Source: Octopus vulgaris (Eukaryota). Taken from it: 64,000 nucleotides of DNA. The notes beneath the pieces were generated by a model. The model was not told where the DNA came from. It did not search any database and was given only the letters and a program-made list of their open reading frames with translations. Position 1 is the stretch's first letter. The number at the start of each line of letters is the position of its first letter. The stretch spans positions 1,488,001-1,552,000 of the forward strand of contig CATOCA020000001.1 of the NCBI GenBank assembly GCA_951406725.2. Direction: 5' to 3'. The translations under genes were made by a program, and so were the position numbers. Below, one piece after another: positions 26,189 through 40,874 of the stretch.

Positions 26189-26529
26189 TTCTTCAAAACT
26201 GTATCTGGAATCTGGGACATAAATTTAGAAGATGGTTAACATTCCCTGTGGCATCGAGAGAAACACTCATTAGTCTCTCTTAATAAGAAACGTAGGATTT
26301 TATGTATTTTGCGAATATGTTTTTCTCCTATCAAAGCTACTCCCTGTCATGTAATGTTATCTCGTCTGCATAAATAAATGGTAACATACTTAACCATTTC
26401 AAACGCGATACCTTGCAGATAAGAAAGGACATTTCAAACCCAGTAAAGCTGTAGAGATAGCAGAGAAAGACTGGGTACTCTTATGAGACTCGAACCCTTA
26501 TCCCCCAGACATCGACTGAGTAGGCGACA

Positions 26530-28075
26530 GGTAATCTGAATCCTGATAATTTCACCCCCGGTATTTTGACTCCGGTAATTTGACTACCAGTCAATTTCAC
26601 TCCCGTTATTAGAAAAAATAAAACGTTGAATAAGGATAAAATAAAAAGTTGAGTAAAACCTAAAATTATTACTAAAAGTTTCAATAAAAATGAAGGTTAG
26701 GGGCTATTGCTCGTACAAAATCCATCTTATTTTCGGGACTATGTCGCTCAATACTTATCCGTTTGCTTATATCCTTTCTTTTATTTTTGTTTGGTCTTGC
26801 AGATCCCACCTCCATCAAATTCAACCTGTCTCAGCTGTGCCAAGAGTTCTTCCCTTTTCAATGCTGTAATTATCTCCATATATTCGGATGTGAACAAATT
26901 AAGGAAATTTGTAGGGCGTTGTAAAATCCCTCTAAAAGGTTTTTAGTGCGAGGCATATCCGATTCTGTTTTAAAGCGGACATTACAACTACCCTTGGGAA
27001 ACTAGGGAGAAGTCCTTTGTGGTCTGATTCCTTTACTTTGCACTCATCTTAGGTACGATAATCCAAAGTAGGTGACAAGTTCTTGCGGAAGATCATCGTC
27101 ATCTACAAGATTTTCGACTCCGTCAACCTCATCATCGAGACGAAGAATTAGCAACGCTTAAAACCATCTGATTTTAATGCTAAACTCATTATCATGATGG
27201 TATCTTTCCTTCAAGCCAAATTCACATGTTTTCTGTATATATTTTGTGACAGATGAAAAAGACAGCATGAGATGGAAGTAGTAGGAAACAGATACAATGC
27301 TATTAATATGAGCTTTTTCAAAATCCCTCATAACATCTTCAGGGCTCAGTCTTTAGAGTAATTCATTTAGCTTATTAAAAAGGCGGGTGTAAGTTTATTT
27401 TTGGGTGGGGGTAATGCAAACAACTGCGGAACACTGAATAACCCCACCTGAATATGAAGCATGGATTTTGAAGCACATGAACAATGAGGATCTCCACCAA
27501 TGTGCTGAATTATGGTATGATCTTCATCATGTATCCTAATGTGCACTCGAGCGTTTCAGGACTTAATTCCGAATTTCCTGTAAGTCTTAGATTCATCGGC
27601 GTTTTGTTTCTGTGCTTCATAATATGTAATTCATGTTATCCACAAGTCTCTTCCTTCCGCGGATACTGTCAAAATCGTGAGGCATGGTGTAAGTATATTT
27701 CCTTTATAAGTAACTTTTATATCCTTGTAAGTTTGATAAATAATTTAACGAAGTATTTACACGAACGCACGAGGCTTCCTGTTATACGAGGTTACACGGC
27801 TCACAGCGAACTGCTTACCAATTAACTCCTGATAACTCGACAGTTCTTTATTCATAGTAAATGTGACAATTCACTTTTAATCATATGGGAGTTGTCGGAA
27901 TCCTTCCACAACAGTAACGAATGAGGCAAGGATGGATCACGGATAAACCAGTAAACTTTAAATTAAACATCCGAATGGATAACTGAAAAGGTACTTTCAG
28001 TTAACTGAATTACTCTGTAAATAATCAATCGAATAGGTGACTGAAATGATATTTTCAGTTTACCGAATTACCTTG
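26530..28075 (-). mobile_element. Decayed MULE/Mutator-like transposon
   Basis: Minus strand at ~26870-26965 reads DMPRTKNLLEGFYNALQISLICSHPNIWR (MULE PRTNNxxEGxH...HPNIW). Short tandem subterminal repeats at both ends. Confidence 0.7.
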
Positions 28076-28078
28076 TAT

Positions 28079-28129
<51 letters not shown>

Positions 28130-31100
28130 AGCAACAACAACAATAAGTAGAGCACTTAAAAGGTGCAAACCTCCGCCGAGACAATACCAACATCCACTCA
28201 ACGATGAGCTAGAGATGATTTTTAGAATGAGAATATCTGAAATAAACTCGACTGCTCTCCCAAACGAGAATACTAAAAGTGAACTCGACCGCTCTCAAAA
28301 ATTAGATGGAGTAAGCAAATTAATGCTGAAAACGGCAGAATCCGCATACTTCGCCTCGATGAATGACTCCCACCTCTCTGACTCGTCAATAATTTATGGC
28401 ACCAATTTATGAAAAGAAATGAGGCTCCAGAAATATATAACGCGTAACGTTATTGGACCTTCGATCCAGCGCCCGCGCAACACTCAGCTAATCACAACAC
28501 AGGGTTCAATAAATGTCCAATGACTTATATGATAGTTATGTTAACCAATCTCAACAGAGTAGCGTGGTGAGCTTTCAGAAACTAACTTAATGTTTTCAAA
28601 TATACAATAATAGAAATTGGTCTCGCTACACATCTATCACGTCCATAAGTTCAGAATATTGCTATTGGTTAGAATTTTACTATTCGTCTAGGCATTATAG
28701 CGGAATATGCAAGGGAACAGCACATCCCTTCTTGGAGCCCATAGCCAAGATGTGGATGTAACTAATCCAGAATTTTATTCTTCGATAAACCTTGTGCTAA
28801 CCGTTACGGTTTATAATCTACTAGTTCCATTTATATCTACTAGTTCCACTAGTTCCATGTGTTTGTATAGAATTCAACATTTTCGTGCAGTCACGTATTA
28901 AAACTTGCTTGTCAGCCTGGACGTATTACAAATAGTCTGTTGTATGTCATATTTTCACAAGATTGTAAGTACTGCAACTACGTGTGACAAGCACCCATTA
29001 TAGGTTAAGTGTTACGTATTGATGTATGGAACAGATGTGTAGATGTCTGTAGATGTGTTTTTGAATATTGTGAACCTGCGGAGTTAGTTTCATAACCAGG
29101 TTGTTCTTCATAGTGCTTGTAGTATATTGGGGGCTCATCGTTGTAGAACCAATGGAATTTGTGGGCAACGGTATGGAGGAGGGGCCATATCAGGACCGAA
29201 AGGCAGAGAGAAACAGATCAAGGAGAAGTTAGTTATAGGATGAAAAATAATGAAGAATGATTATGTTTGTGGTTCACAATGAAGAGAGAAAATATGTTAA
29301 ACGAAAGAGCGGAGGTCAAAAACAATTATAAAAAATGTTGAACGTCTTTGCTGGCTTAATTCTCCACGCGCAGGGAAGCAACATGTGATATGAGAGAGAG
29401 AGAGAGAGAGAGAAGCATGGAGTGATGAGGGAAGTGTATGGGAGAGGCAAAGCTATAAGAGAGAGGAGAGAGAGAGAGAGAGAAGTAGCAAAAGAGACAG
29501 AGAGTGACTGAAGGAGAAATGTCATGGAGACAGATTTGTTTTCTTCACTGAAAGGAGAAATAGAGAAAATATGTGTTCACAGATAATAACGAAGTGAGGA
29601 AATATATATTTAAAAAATTTTTCCTTTATTTCAGTAATGAGACTGCAGCCATGCTGGAGGAGGTGGAGGGCCCCTGGAAAAGTTTTAGTCGAACGAATTG
29701 ACCCTAGCATTTTTTTCTCAGTATGGTGAAAATTGCCCAAAGTGCCATGTCACACGTTGAGACCAAGAAAAAAAACGGAATTATGCGGTTGGGAAGCAAA
29801 CCTAATATTGATGGTCTCAGACGAAATATGGGGAAAATGGGCTATGAAAATGAATAGCATTATATTCAGATTAATTACACAACGCAAAGAAAATAATCAC
29901 ACTGAATGGTTCTTATGTTGAACGTGTCACAGAGAGCTGTGTAGTATCCGTCGCACTAGACACACAGGTTAGAAAAGACAGATCACGCTAGCATGTATAG
30001 CATTTGAGAGATTTAAGAAACAGGATCTGGAGCTTGTAGGACATCAGTCAGCGATGCATTGATAGGTTGCACATTTTTGTTTCTCTAATCAGAGTCTAGA
30101 AACACATAAGTAAGAGGTTATTAAAATGTGTATAAAACTAAAGAGATATTATAATGAGACTGGCGTAATTTGTATAAGAAACGTTATTTACATGACATAA
30201 ACCAGAACTGAAGTAGTCAGATGGAAGAGAGTGAAATGGTGCGACCATCTAATTAGGAGGAAACTAAAAATAATTCCTTAGTTCAGTCGATGTACCAAGA
30301 CATCTAAAACCACAGGCCATATAATAAGTGGTAGAAATGACAGAGCTGTTACGATAAACGGCTACATATCTTTTAACAGCAACAAGCAGAGCATAAAAGA
30401 AGGGCGTAGTGGTGTTCCGGCTGGCAAGAGAGCGACCAATGATCCGGAAAACAGACATACACAAGCACGCACACACACACACATATACAGGTACACACAC
30501 ACACACACACAGAAATAGACACTTTGACTATTGGTTCGGTGCGTTCTGTCCACGAGAAAAACACTTCCAGTGCAGTCATCTGAGAAGAAATACCAGCAAC
30601 AACCAAGGGTTAAACTTGCAACAGACTGGCATCTCTTTTAGTGGGGTGTCTTCTATCCCCGGGTGTTGGAATATGTTGGATACCGAGAGAGACTGCGGCC
30701 TAATGGGCCTGAATATCATGTAGAGAATATAACTAAAAAACTACTTCAATGAAGACATTGAGGCGTGCGCAGTCTCGTGTTAGTGTAACATTGATTGAGT
30801 GAAAGTAGACATGAACGTGTAGAAGACGAATCTGCGTCCGGTGCTTTGATTGGAATGTAGCTGTTTGTGAAATGTTGATTATTTGAACAATGACAGTTGA
30901 ATGACCTGATAATACTAATTAGATAAATGATCGTAAATCTAATCAACATGATACATTTTGCAAGTTTTAACATTTTAGTGGAATGTTTAAAATAACAAAT
31001 GGAATCAATGCCTCTTCCGGTGGTATTTGATCTTAGTCTGCGGTATTACAGTATTTCATCTAGAAAACGAACGGTAGCAACAGATCAGATTTAATCCTTT

Positions 31101-31304
31101 ATTTAACAATTCTAAAGCTTACATTGATAACATTAAATTGGCAAGAAGATAGAATATCAATATAATTTCAAATCATGCAATATTTTCTGTTTCAAGCCAT
31201 AGTGAGGCCCTGAAACTCGTTTAAATTACATTATGGTGGATTATACAGTCTCATGCATGCATAGTGTTGTATTGAAACGTACAATTATAGTGTCGTTACA
31301 AGGA

Positions 31305-31870
31305 AAAAATATTTCATATTATATATGGAGAAAATATAATTTTATATTATATATGGAGAAAATATAATTTTATATTATATATGAAGAAAATATTATTTCA
31401 TATTTTATATTGAGAAATGATCATTTCAAATTATATATGCAGAAAATATAATTTTATATTATATATGAAGAAAATATAATTTTATATTATATATGCAGAA
31501 AATATAATTTTATATTATATATGGAGAAAATATTATTTCATATTATATATGGAGAAAATATTATTTTGTATTATATATGGAGAAAATATTATTTCATATT
31601 ATATATGGAGAAAATTTTATTTTTGTATTATATATGGAGAAAATATTATTTCATATTATATATGGAGAAAATTTTATTTTTGTATTATATATGGAGAAAA
31701 TATTATTTAATATTATATATGGAGAAAATTTTATTTTTGTATTATATATGGAGAAAATATAATTTTATATTATATATGGAGAAAATATTATTTTATATTA
31801 TATATGGAGAAAATATAATTTTGTATTATATATGGAGAAAATATTTTGTATTATATATGCTGAAAATATC
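31305..31870. repeat. AT-rich minisatellite, ~28-29 bp unit (tattatatatggagaaaatataatttta)
   Basis: About 20 units directly visible. Confidence 0.95.
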
Positions 31871-32334
31871 ATTTTATAGCATAAAATATCATCAAAGACG
31901 ATTCTTGGAGGCTCTTTTTCGATTTTCACTCAAAAGTTTGTTTCTGCTGTTCTATCCTCTGTTCCATTACCAGTACTTGAACCTGGAAACATAATGAAAA
32001 ATATAAAAGTTTAAGTACATTAATTACCGGATAGTAATAATTTGTATATATATATATATATGATTATTTCTTACTATTTGAACTGTTAGAGCTATTTTCG
32101 CTATGTATCCAGTACAACCCTTAAACAAGTAAATAATATTTCCCTAAACAATAGATCAAGGTATTTCAGTTTGTGACTTATTCACGAATATACCATGAAT
32201 GACGATGCCTTTCATGTTACTTCAGCCAATTGGCAAGCGCTGATGGAAGGACGGTTCTGCTTTTAGACAAATACACTGTCAACACAAAGGTCACATCCTG
32301 TTTACATGTAGGAACACTTTCCAAAAATCTATCT

Positions 32335-32505
32335 GCACATCTTGAAAATGGCCAGCGTGTATATTTCACAGAAGACAATGCTCGAAACGTAGATCTGAAT
32401 CCATGAGAAACTACTTTGACAGCTTTCTTCAAATTATGCCAATGTGATCTGTTTGCCCGAACACTGTTGTACGTAGAGATCCCCGTATACTCTTCCTGGG
32501 CACAC
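32335..32505 (+). mobile_element. Helitron RepHel fragment
   Basis: HLENGQRVYFTEDNA...TTLTAFFKLCQCDLFARTLLYVEIP, a typical Helitron inter-domain motif; contains a stop. Confidence 0.85.
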
Positions 32506-32979
32506 AATATATATATATGCACACATATATTTATTCATTTATATATTTTTTTAAAAATAATAAATAAAATGACCATCCCGAAATATGTGTGTGTATATGT
32601 ATATATATTTTTACATTTTCCCGAGCAATATATAATTTGTTACGGGATTTGACTAGTAAAAATGCTACTGTCTGTTTCGCGGCCTCTATTGTTGCATTTC
32701 CTCAATATTGACCGCTACTTAGACATACTGACCGGATGCGCATAAACCTCTTTTATGCTGGAAATAGATAGACTTTATATTGATTTGGCAGTGGTAAAAT
32801 GAAATGAATGGAAACGAAGTGAAAAAATTATATCATTGTTCGGCAATGGGATGTGATTTATTCCTCTTTTATATCTCTTAGAGATGAGTTAAAGCGTATG
32901 AGCTGTGTGTGTATCTATCGATCCTAATTCAAAAATTAATATGATCACTTCGAACAAAATGAATTTTCGCTGAGGAAAA

Positions 32980-33074
32980 TTATTTGCAGCATTGAATAAT
33001 TTTCCTGAGTGAATTAAAGAAAGTACTGGAATTGTGTGAATTTTTCTGCCCAGTAGAGTCTGCATCTTCTACTT
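32980..33074 (-). CDS. Duplicate of candidate terminal exon
   Basis: 95 nt; I see a single substitution versus 46062-46156. Confidence 0.35.
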
Positions 33075-33385
33075 CTATACAAAATTAGAAGAAAACATTT
33101 TGCCCTCGGTTAGACAAACCAGTTCCGTAGGGACAAGAAACGGAAAAGCGCAAAATAAAATGCTGATTTATTGAAATTATCCAAGCTTTGAAAAAATGTA
33201 AATGAATAGTTGTATGTATGAGAGAGAGGGAGGGAGTCTGTGCGCTTGCGTGCACGCGTGGGTGTCCTAAGGTATCATCCGTTGTGGTTGATGATGACGA
33301 CAACGACGAAGAGGATGGTATGGTGATTGATGAAGCTAATTATGACGGTAATGGTGTTAAAAAAATGAAGAAACACGATACTTAC

Positions 33386-33468
33386 TTTCATCAAGCAAAT
33401 TCATGTTGAGCAATGCCTGGAATTTGTTCAAAACTTGGGAGATATTGCGCCGCAGTTGACTTTGAACA
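33386..33468 (-). CDS. Exon F': shortened duplicated SEA part 3
   Basis: Original 5' part and acceptor are deleted. A candidate new acceptor ctctttaag| gives 83 nt, phase 2->1: VQSQLRRNISQVLNKFQALLNMNLLDE. It also has an in-frame internal deletion; the donor is intact. Confidence 0.4.
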
Positions 33469-34152
33469 CTTAAAGAGATTAATTGTTTTGTTTCAATTAT
33501 TTCTATATTCAAATATAGCTTAGGATTGGATCATCATAGGTAAAAAAACCGCATTCAGTATGGTTGAGAACAGAATTAGTGAAGAAGGCTAAAACTACAA
33601 GCGGGTGACTAAAAGTTGGTGTTAAGAACATATTCGTCCAGTACCGTGGCTTGCCCTCTTTAGCATGTAAGAAATCCACATGGTGGTCTTCCCTCCGTGT
33701 ATAAATTTTTATATACATTTTTATATATATATATAATTACCTGGTTGGTTTTAAAATGTGTGTTAGCTACCTTAAATATTTTATAATCTTCACATTGCCA
33801 TTTTGTGAAATCAATCACTCATTTTTATGTCATTCTCAATGATATTGACAGGCGTGAGTTAGCCTCCACCAGCCGTAATGGAGTGAGCATTGCTGATGAG
33901 TATTAACTTCCTATAAGAAATTACCATGCTAATCTAACCCATCTGGCTTACCGTGGGGAATGTTCTGTCCCCTGTCAATGCAAAGAAACCATATGTCTTT
34001 TTGTGGCTAAGGAGTCTATGACTAATATTTCTAATAATGCTGGTGCTCACCGCACTCTTGTCACCTTTAGTGACTGAATTATTTCCATGTTGGTCTTAAA
34101 ATGCTGATAGCCGCCTTGATTTATATATACACAGCATACATAATACATATAC

Positions 34153-34234
<82 letters not shown>

Positions 34235-34314
34235 TTATAAATATGATTCGTATATGTAAGTATATTGTATGTTGTATATGTATATATTTGTATTTATTTG
34301 CTTTTCTGAGTATA

Positions 34315-34371
34315 TTCCACTGATGAAGGCAGAGCATTTCTTATGCAGAGTCAGAAATCCGGGATCTGGAA
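34315..34371 (+). ncRNA. Hammerhead-like motif, third family
   Basis: ttcca-CTGATGA...GAAAT ccggg ATC-tggaa: perfect 5 bp stem I, imperfect stem II. Confidence 0.5.
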
Positions 34372-34656
34372 TTATCCAGAAATGTTTGCTATTCTATTTT
34401 GTCTCTTCGTCTTCTCTCCTGGTGCTATATGAACATTTAATGTGGCTACCTAGAGTCAAGATTTGACTGATAATATTGATATTAAATATCGATATTATCC
34501 CTATATTATAATTATATATTTATAATGTAATATATCGTATAATTATTATTTATTTTTGATGGATCTGAATTTTTTATTCCCATGCTGCTGCATTATCCAC
34601 CTGATAAAATCATGATATTTAAATATTGATCTTATCCTTCTGTGTGTGTATGTATA

Positions 34657-34700
<44 letters not shown>

Positions 34701-34972
34701 AGCAGCAGAAAAATCACAAAACCAGTTATAGTTTGGTTATGGACAGTTTTTGCTAGAATAAAAGATATGTCAATTTATCGATAGAATTGATATATATTCT
34801 ACAAAACTGTCCAACAACGGCAACCAAACTATATGAATTTTCTGGTGCTTTAAATAAACATATTACTCTACTGGTATATATTTTTCCACCTTGTTTCACA
34901 TTTATGTGTTTACTCGTATATATATATTAGGTATGGTATATGTATATATGCATATTTATATATATATATATA

Positions 34973-35012
<40 letters not shown>

Positions 35013-35225
35013 TTCTCTCTTTATCTTTATATGGGTTTGTTTGTCCTTTGTATAATAAAACATTGATAAAACACTTAAGCATTTCGTCGAAGGTATGAAT
35101 TAGTATATTGTGGGTCACAAGTAAAACACTGTTGATCATGGTGACGTATAATACATGCGATAAAATCGAATGTTTGGAACAAAACCAAATAAATTTGAAT
35201 AAATGTGTTAGAAGCTCTTGCTTAC

Positions 35226-35278
35226 CCAGGATATTCAACTCTGAATTTTCCAGTCACGGTTAAAAACTCATGCTCCAT
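35226..35278 (-). CDS. Exon E': duplicated SEA part 2
   Basis: Paralogue of exon E, 53 nt, cttttgcag| and |gtaagc. MEHEFLTVTGKFRVEYP(G). Confidence 0.6.
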
Positions 35279-35379
35279 CTGCAAAAGCCGGATGTGTATA
35301 TATATATATGCAGACATTAAATTCAAGAAACAAAGTTTGATTTAAAAGCGTTGAGATGTATTGAAAGATACAGATAAGG

Positions 35380-35712
35380 AAATAATTTTACTTCCAAACG
35401 CAGGATAATGCTAATAATATAGCATGAACAGGATGAAATATCCATATTTTGCGGCTAGCTTTGAGACTCAAACTCACATCCCTGAGATTACGCGTCAAGT
35501 GCTTTACCATTAAGCTAAGCTGCCCGAATGACAAATTCTGCTGCAAATTTAGGATATATAAATCTAGCTTTATAAGACGCGTTATCACAGGGATGTGAGT
35601 TCAAGTCTCATGACTGGTCGCCGACAGATTTTTCTGCAAAATAAGGATAGTTTTTATCCTGTTCATTCTATATTATTAACATTATCCTGAGTTTGAGAAT
35701 AAAATTATTTTC
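35380..35712. mobile_element. MITE-like element with internal tRNA-like inverted pieces (copy at 49095-49410)
   Basis: ~70 bp imperfect TIRs. Internal tagcttaatggtaaagcac...gtgagtttgagtctc on minus and gtgagttcaagtctc on plus. Confidence 0.6.
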
Positions 35713-35875
35713 TCATCTGTAATATATACATATATACATACATATATATATATATTTTTTTCTTTTCTATTTCCTTTCCGACCAGTCCATCAGATGTAGT
35801 TACACATCGCTGGTCACAATGCGTTCGCATTGTCTTAGCCATCGAATGACACCACCCCGCTGGCTAAGCGAACAG

Positions 35876-35931
<56 letters not shown>

Positions 35932-37211
35932 AAAATTTGAAGAGTAGAACATTAAAAATAAAAATAACAAAAAACAAGAGGACATGCGCATGGAATATAT
36001 TAGCTGGACGCTCGGTAAAGTTGAAGAAAAGAGAGGGCTTTTAACGTTCCGAGCATAGCTCTTTGTCGGAAAGGAAAACGGAAAAGTTGAGAGAAGGAGA
36101 ATATTACAAAAGTACCTGTGTGGTTACATATGTACATATGTGTGTGTGTGTGCATGTTCGCGCGCATGTGTGTGTAAAGACAGGATTAGTGAATAATTTG
36201 AGTGGGATTTCATTTAGTATCAGAATCGGAAATTATATCACGGAATATATAAATGATGTCGTTCATTGTGTGAACTTCTTTTAAAGACAAAATAGTGGAT
36301 CGAACAGTCTTTTTATTGACCAGCAAAAAGTCAGTAAGTTAGAAAGAAGTTTATGTAATAATTTACTATCAGTAATTGGAGTTGATTGTCTGAATTTCAT
36401 GAAACCCAAATACAATTAATTCGCATTCTTTTACTACGGTCTACTGCATGTTCATGTCTCAGTGTATTTACACGTCTGTATAAAAGTCTATATATACTTA
36501 CATGCATACAAATTATGAACATATGGATTGCATTAAATTGCCGATGTTCAGTCCAGAGCAGAACGAAGGTCTCAGTATAATCTCTCTACCAACCCTATCT
36601 GATGTGGAGGCCGTGTTTTGACCTGGCGAGTATACTAGTTCGATGAACCTAACAACTCACACTAGCTCAACAAAGCTTGGTAGTGGAGTAAATACTCATA
36701 CAGAGGTGTAGTAAATACTCATACAGAGGTGTAGTAAAAACGATTAAAGGATGAAAGGCAAAGTCGGCTGCAGTAGAATTTGAACTCAAAATATAAAGAG
36801 GGGCGAATTATTGCTTATTATTTTGCTCGACGTACAAAAGACTTTTCCAGCTCGCCGCAGAATATGTAGGGAATCAAATAATAAATAAATCCGCAAATAA
36901 TACTTATCTGTATATTTGATTTGAACATGCATTTACATATGTATGTATTTATGTGTTTAAGCTGATCAGGCTAAACTTTAAAATACCTGTTATCATTTAA
37001 CAAAATCGATATCACTATCTACTAAACGTATTGGGCTCACAATATATTTGACGTTTTGCATTTTTTCTATAAAATATGCATGTGTGTGTGTATGTGATCG
37101 TGAATGTGTGTATGCATATGTGCGTGTGGTCAGTGCTTGTGTGTGTGTGCAAGCGTGTGTGTATGTGTGAGTGTGCAGAGAAAGAGAGAGAGAGGGCAGA
37201 TATCTACTCAC

Positions 37212-37294
37212 GACTTTTGATATGTTCTCAGCAGGTTTTTTATATTCGTTGAAAGATTTTAAAATCAAACGAAATGCGAAGGATTTGGTCCAGC
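37212..37294 (-). CDS. Exon D': duplicated SEA part 1
   Basis: Paralogue of exon D, same length (83 nt), splice sites intact. (G)WTKSFAFRLILKSFNEYKKPAENISKV. Confidence 0.6.
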
Positions 37295-37771
37295 CTATGG
37301 ATTGATATAGAAAATAATTGCTGTATTTATAAATGAGACACACGTCATAGATGCACATAAAACCCACATACGTAGATAAAAATATACATTCATAATCACA
37401 TATACACTTAAACATACTATAAATAAATATATATATATACGAACATACAGACTCACATTAATACATCTGCATCTACATGTATAAACACATATATAAATGC
37501 ATGTTTGTACACATACACAGTTCCATGTACTTATATATATATATGTGTGTGTTCGTGCGTGTATATATATATGTATATATACAATATATATATATATATG
37601 TATATATATATGTATATATATACATATATGTATATATATATATATATATGCATGTTTGTACACATACACAGTTCCATGTACTTATATATATATGTATATA
37701 TATGTGTGTGTGCGTGCGAATATATATATACGTATATATAATATATATATATATATATGTATATATATACA

Positions 37772-37802
<31 letters not shown>

Positions 37803-37864
37803 GCAAATCAGCCCACATTTGCATACATACGTAACATATATATATAAGTTTATATACATAAGTA

Positions 37865-37910
<46 letters not shown>

Positions 37911-37959
37911 GTGAAATAGAAAGATGAATAATCTTGTTGCAGATTAATCAAAAGTTTAA

Positions 37960-39650
37960 CCGATACCTTGGTAGCAAAAATCACAATTTGTGTAACTCTC
38001 GATGCCAAAGTTTGGGACAAGTACCTCCAGGATCTTCCAGATGTTTATTATGGCATATCTTTCCCGCCTACGCTCCAAGGAATATAGTTTTAATCTCTTG
38101 AGTCTTTCCTAGTAGCTTATATTCTGCATAGAGGCTATCTTCTTCGTGTAGCTACGCTGGATCGCCTCAAGTTCTGTGAGTAACTTGACACTGGATGGTG
38201 ACCATAACTGAGAGCAATAGTCAAAGTGGCTTAGGACAAGTGTCCTCAAGACGACCATCATGGTTTCTTGTTCTCTTGTTCTAAAGGTTCTGAGAATCCA
38301 TCCGGCCAGTCGTCTACATTTCATTGCCAATTTAGCAACATGTACACGAAAGGTTGCGTCATCACTCATGTAAATACCCAGGTCACGCACTGATTGTGCC
38401 TCTGGGATTGCAATTCCTCCAGGTCCAGTGTATTCATTGGGTATTGCATTTAGTTGTGCATGCTGATAGTATAAAGCTTGAAACTTTTCAGCATTGAACT
38501 GCATGCTATTCTTTTCAGCCCACTTGTATATTTTGTCCAGCTCACATTGCAGGCCTTTAGTGTCCTCAGGGTTCTGTATTGCCTGTGAAACTTTTGTATC
38601 ATCTGCATAACTTGTGATCGTGGCTCTCTGCGTGGCTGAGGGCATGTCTGAGAGGGCCATTATGAACAGTAGTGGTCCCAAAACAGTGCCCTGCGGAACA
38701 CCGCTCACTATTTGCGTGTTAATGGAAGTGGCCCCATTGGCTACTACCACCTGACTTCTATCTTTCAGAAAGTCATGAAGCCATTCTCCCAGTTTTCCAA
38801 CTATGTTGAGATCACGCAGTTTGTGACATATCATTCCATGATCGACTTTATCAAAGGCCTTTGCAAAGTCGAGATATATCACTTCCACATTTGAGTGGTT
38901 GAGCAGTCGTTTCAGCACCCAGTCATAGTGTTGTAGGAGCTGAGTTAAACAGCTTCTCCCTGGTCGGAAACCATGTTGGGTGTCGAGCAGCAAGTCATTT
39001 TCTTCAAGGAAGGTGATCAGTTTCCCTCTGACTATTCGTTCCATGACCTTGCTGATGTGTGAGGTCAGAGAGATAGGTCTGTAGTTCTTGGCCTCCGCTC
39101 TGCTACCTCCTTTATGAATAGGGCATATTTTACCTTCCTTCAGTTTTCTTGGAAGTTTGCCAGCTGCAAGGAAGCTCTGAAAGAGGAACTGCAGTGGTCT
39201 TGCTAGGACTCAGTTACATGCTTTTAGGAGGATTGCTGGGAATCCATCAGGGCCAGTAGCTGAGTCTGTTTTCATTTCATCTATAGCCTTTATTACATCG
39301 TCTTCCTTTATATCGATGTAATTTATCGTCGCCGCCTCTGATTTTATATCTGCAGTGGTAAAGAAGTCAGTTGGATTGGTGATTTGGAAATGCCCAAGGG
39401 GTGGAGTGAAAACACTCTTGAATTGCTCATTCAGTATTTCACTTACCCTCATTGGTTTTCCTGTGAGTGTGCCATCCTTTTCAAGGAGGGGCCCTATCCT
39501 ACAGTACACCGTAGCTGTTTCTTTGGCATACCTGTAGAAAGCTCTGGGGTTAGATTTTAAGTTGTCTATAGCCCAGGCTTCTTTGTCTGCTCTTTCCTTT
39601 TCATGGGAGAGTTGCAGACATTTTTCAATTTCCAACAGTTTTATTTTCAG
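37960..39650 (-). mobile_element. CR1/L2-group LINE RT fragment, truncated at both ends
   Basis: GPDG, NYRPISLT, QHGF..RSCLTQL, DFAKAFDKV, GVPQGTVLGPLLF, YADDTK and RDLG. Long frame with isolated stops (39210, 38109). Confidence 0.93.
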
Positions 39651-39909
39651 GCGGGACTATATTTATATTTATTTATTTATATATTTTTAATACAACAATT
39701 TTTTTTCACACGTGTATATCTTTCTGAGGAGTTTTCTGATATTAAATTCTTAATATTAATAATAATATATTATTTAAAAATGTATATAATCGCTCGTATT
39801 AAATATATAAATATTTAATAGTATTAATACTTCGATACAATAGAGCACTCAATATATATTCAGTATGTAATATTCTCATTGAATATATTTGACTAAAGAT
39901 TCATATATA

Positions 39910-40300
39910 TTCTTTACTCTTTTTACTCTTTTATTTGTTTCAGTCATTTGACTGTGGCCATGCTGGAGCACCGCGTTTAGTCGAGCAAATCGACCCCAGT
40001 ACTTATTCTTTGTAAGCCTAGTATTTATTCTATCGGTCTCTTTTGCCGAACCGCTAAGTTACAGGGTCGTAAACACACCAGCATCGGTTGTCAAGCGATG
40101 TTGAAGGGGGGCAAAAACAGACACAAACATATACACACATACACACACATAGATATATATACATATACATATATACGACAGGCTTCTTTCAATTTCCGTC
40201 TACCAAATCCACTCACAAGGCTTTGGTCGGCCCGAGGCTATTGTAGAAGATACTTGCCCAAGGTCCCACGCAGTGGGACTGAACCCGAGACCATATGGTT
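39910..40300 (-). mobile_element. tRNA-derived SINE
   Basis: Reverse-complement homologue of 47272-47665. Confidence 0.85.
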
Positions 40301-40411
40301 ATCATTATTGTCACTCTAGTGGTCACTCTACATCTATCCATCAATACAGGTTTATAGCTTTATGTTTATAGAGTGTATGTGCGTGCATATACACACACAT
40401 ACATATGTACA

Positions 40412-40445
<34 letters not shown>

Positions 40446-40803
40446 CATACATACATACATACATACATACACAGGCGTATGTACGTACATGCATACGTAC
40501 ATACATACACACATGTATGCATACATACACACATACATTCGTACATATATATGACGAACTAACTGTTACTTTCTCAGATGCAGCACGGATTTTTGTCAGT
40601 GAACAGGTCGCGGATTTTAGCGATGAAAATATTTTGACAAATTAAACTTAAATGTTGAAGTTAATCGAATGGCTTTTGTGTGTTTCTTATATGACTTATA
40701 GACACCTTCCACGCTGCAATTGTTTTCGTTTCAGCACACGATCTCAGATCAAATTACTTGCTATGCGAGTACATCTCCGTAATATATGTATATATATATA
40801 TTG

Positions 40804-40874
<71 letters not shown>

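Larger units (their letters stand above)
32555..37420. repeat. Direct segmental duplicate of 45645-50228; homology resumes at 42108-42370 vs 50580-50920
   Basis: Colinear introns and exons, moderately diverged, with copy-specific indels and insertions. Confidence 0.93.

Noticed and set aside
26455-26530. tRNA gene (ggttcgagtc B box on minus)
   Set aside because: No complete cloverleaf; likely a SINE head relic.
30746-30910. CHCSNNQHFTN resembling a GPS motif
   Set aside because: Wrong spacing, no upstream W/C pattern and no hydrophobic Stachel/TM1 after it.
31305-31870. Regular ~28 bp repeats as a CRISPR-like array or repeat protein
   Set aside because: No unique spacers; a head-to-tail minisatellite in eukaryotic DNA.
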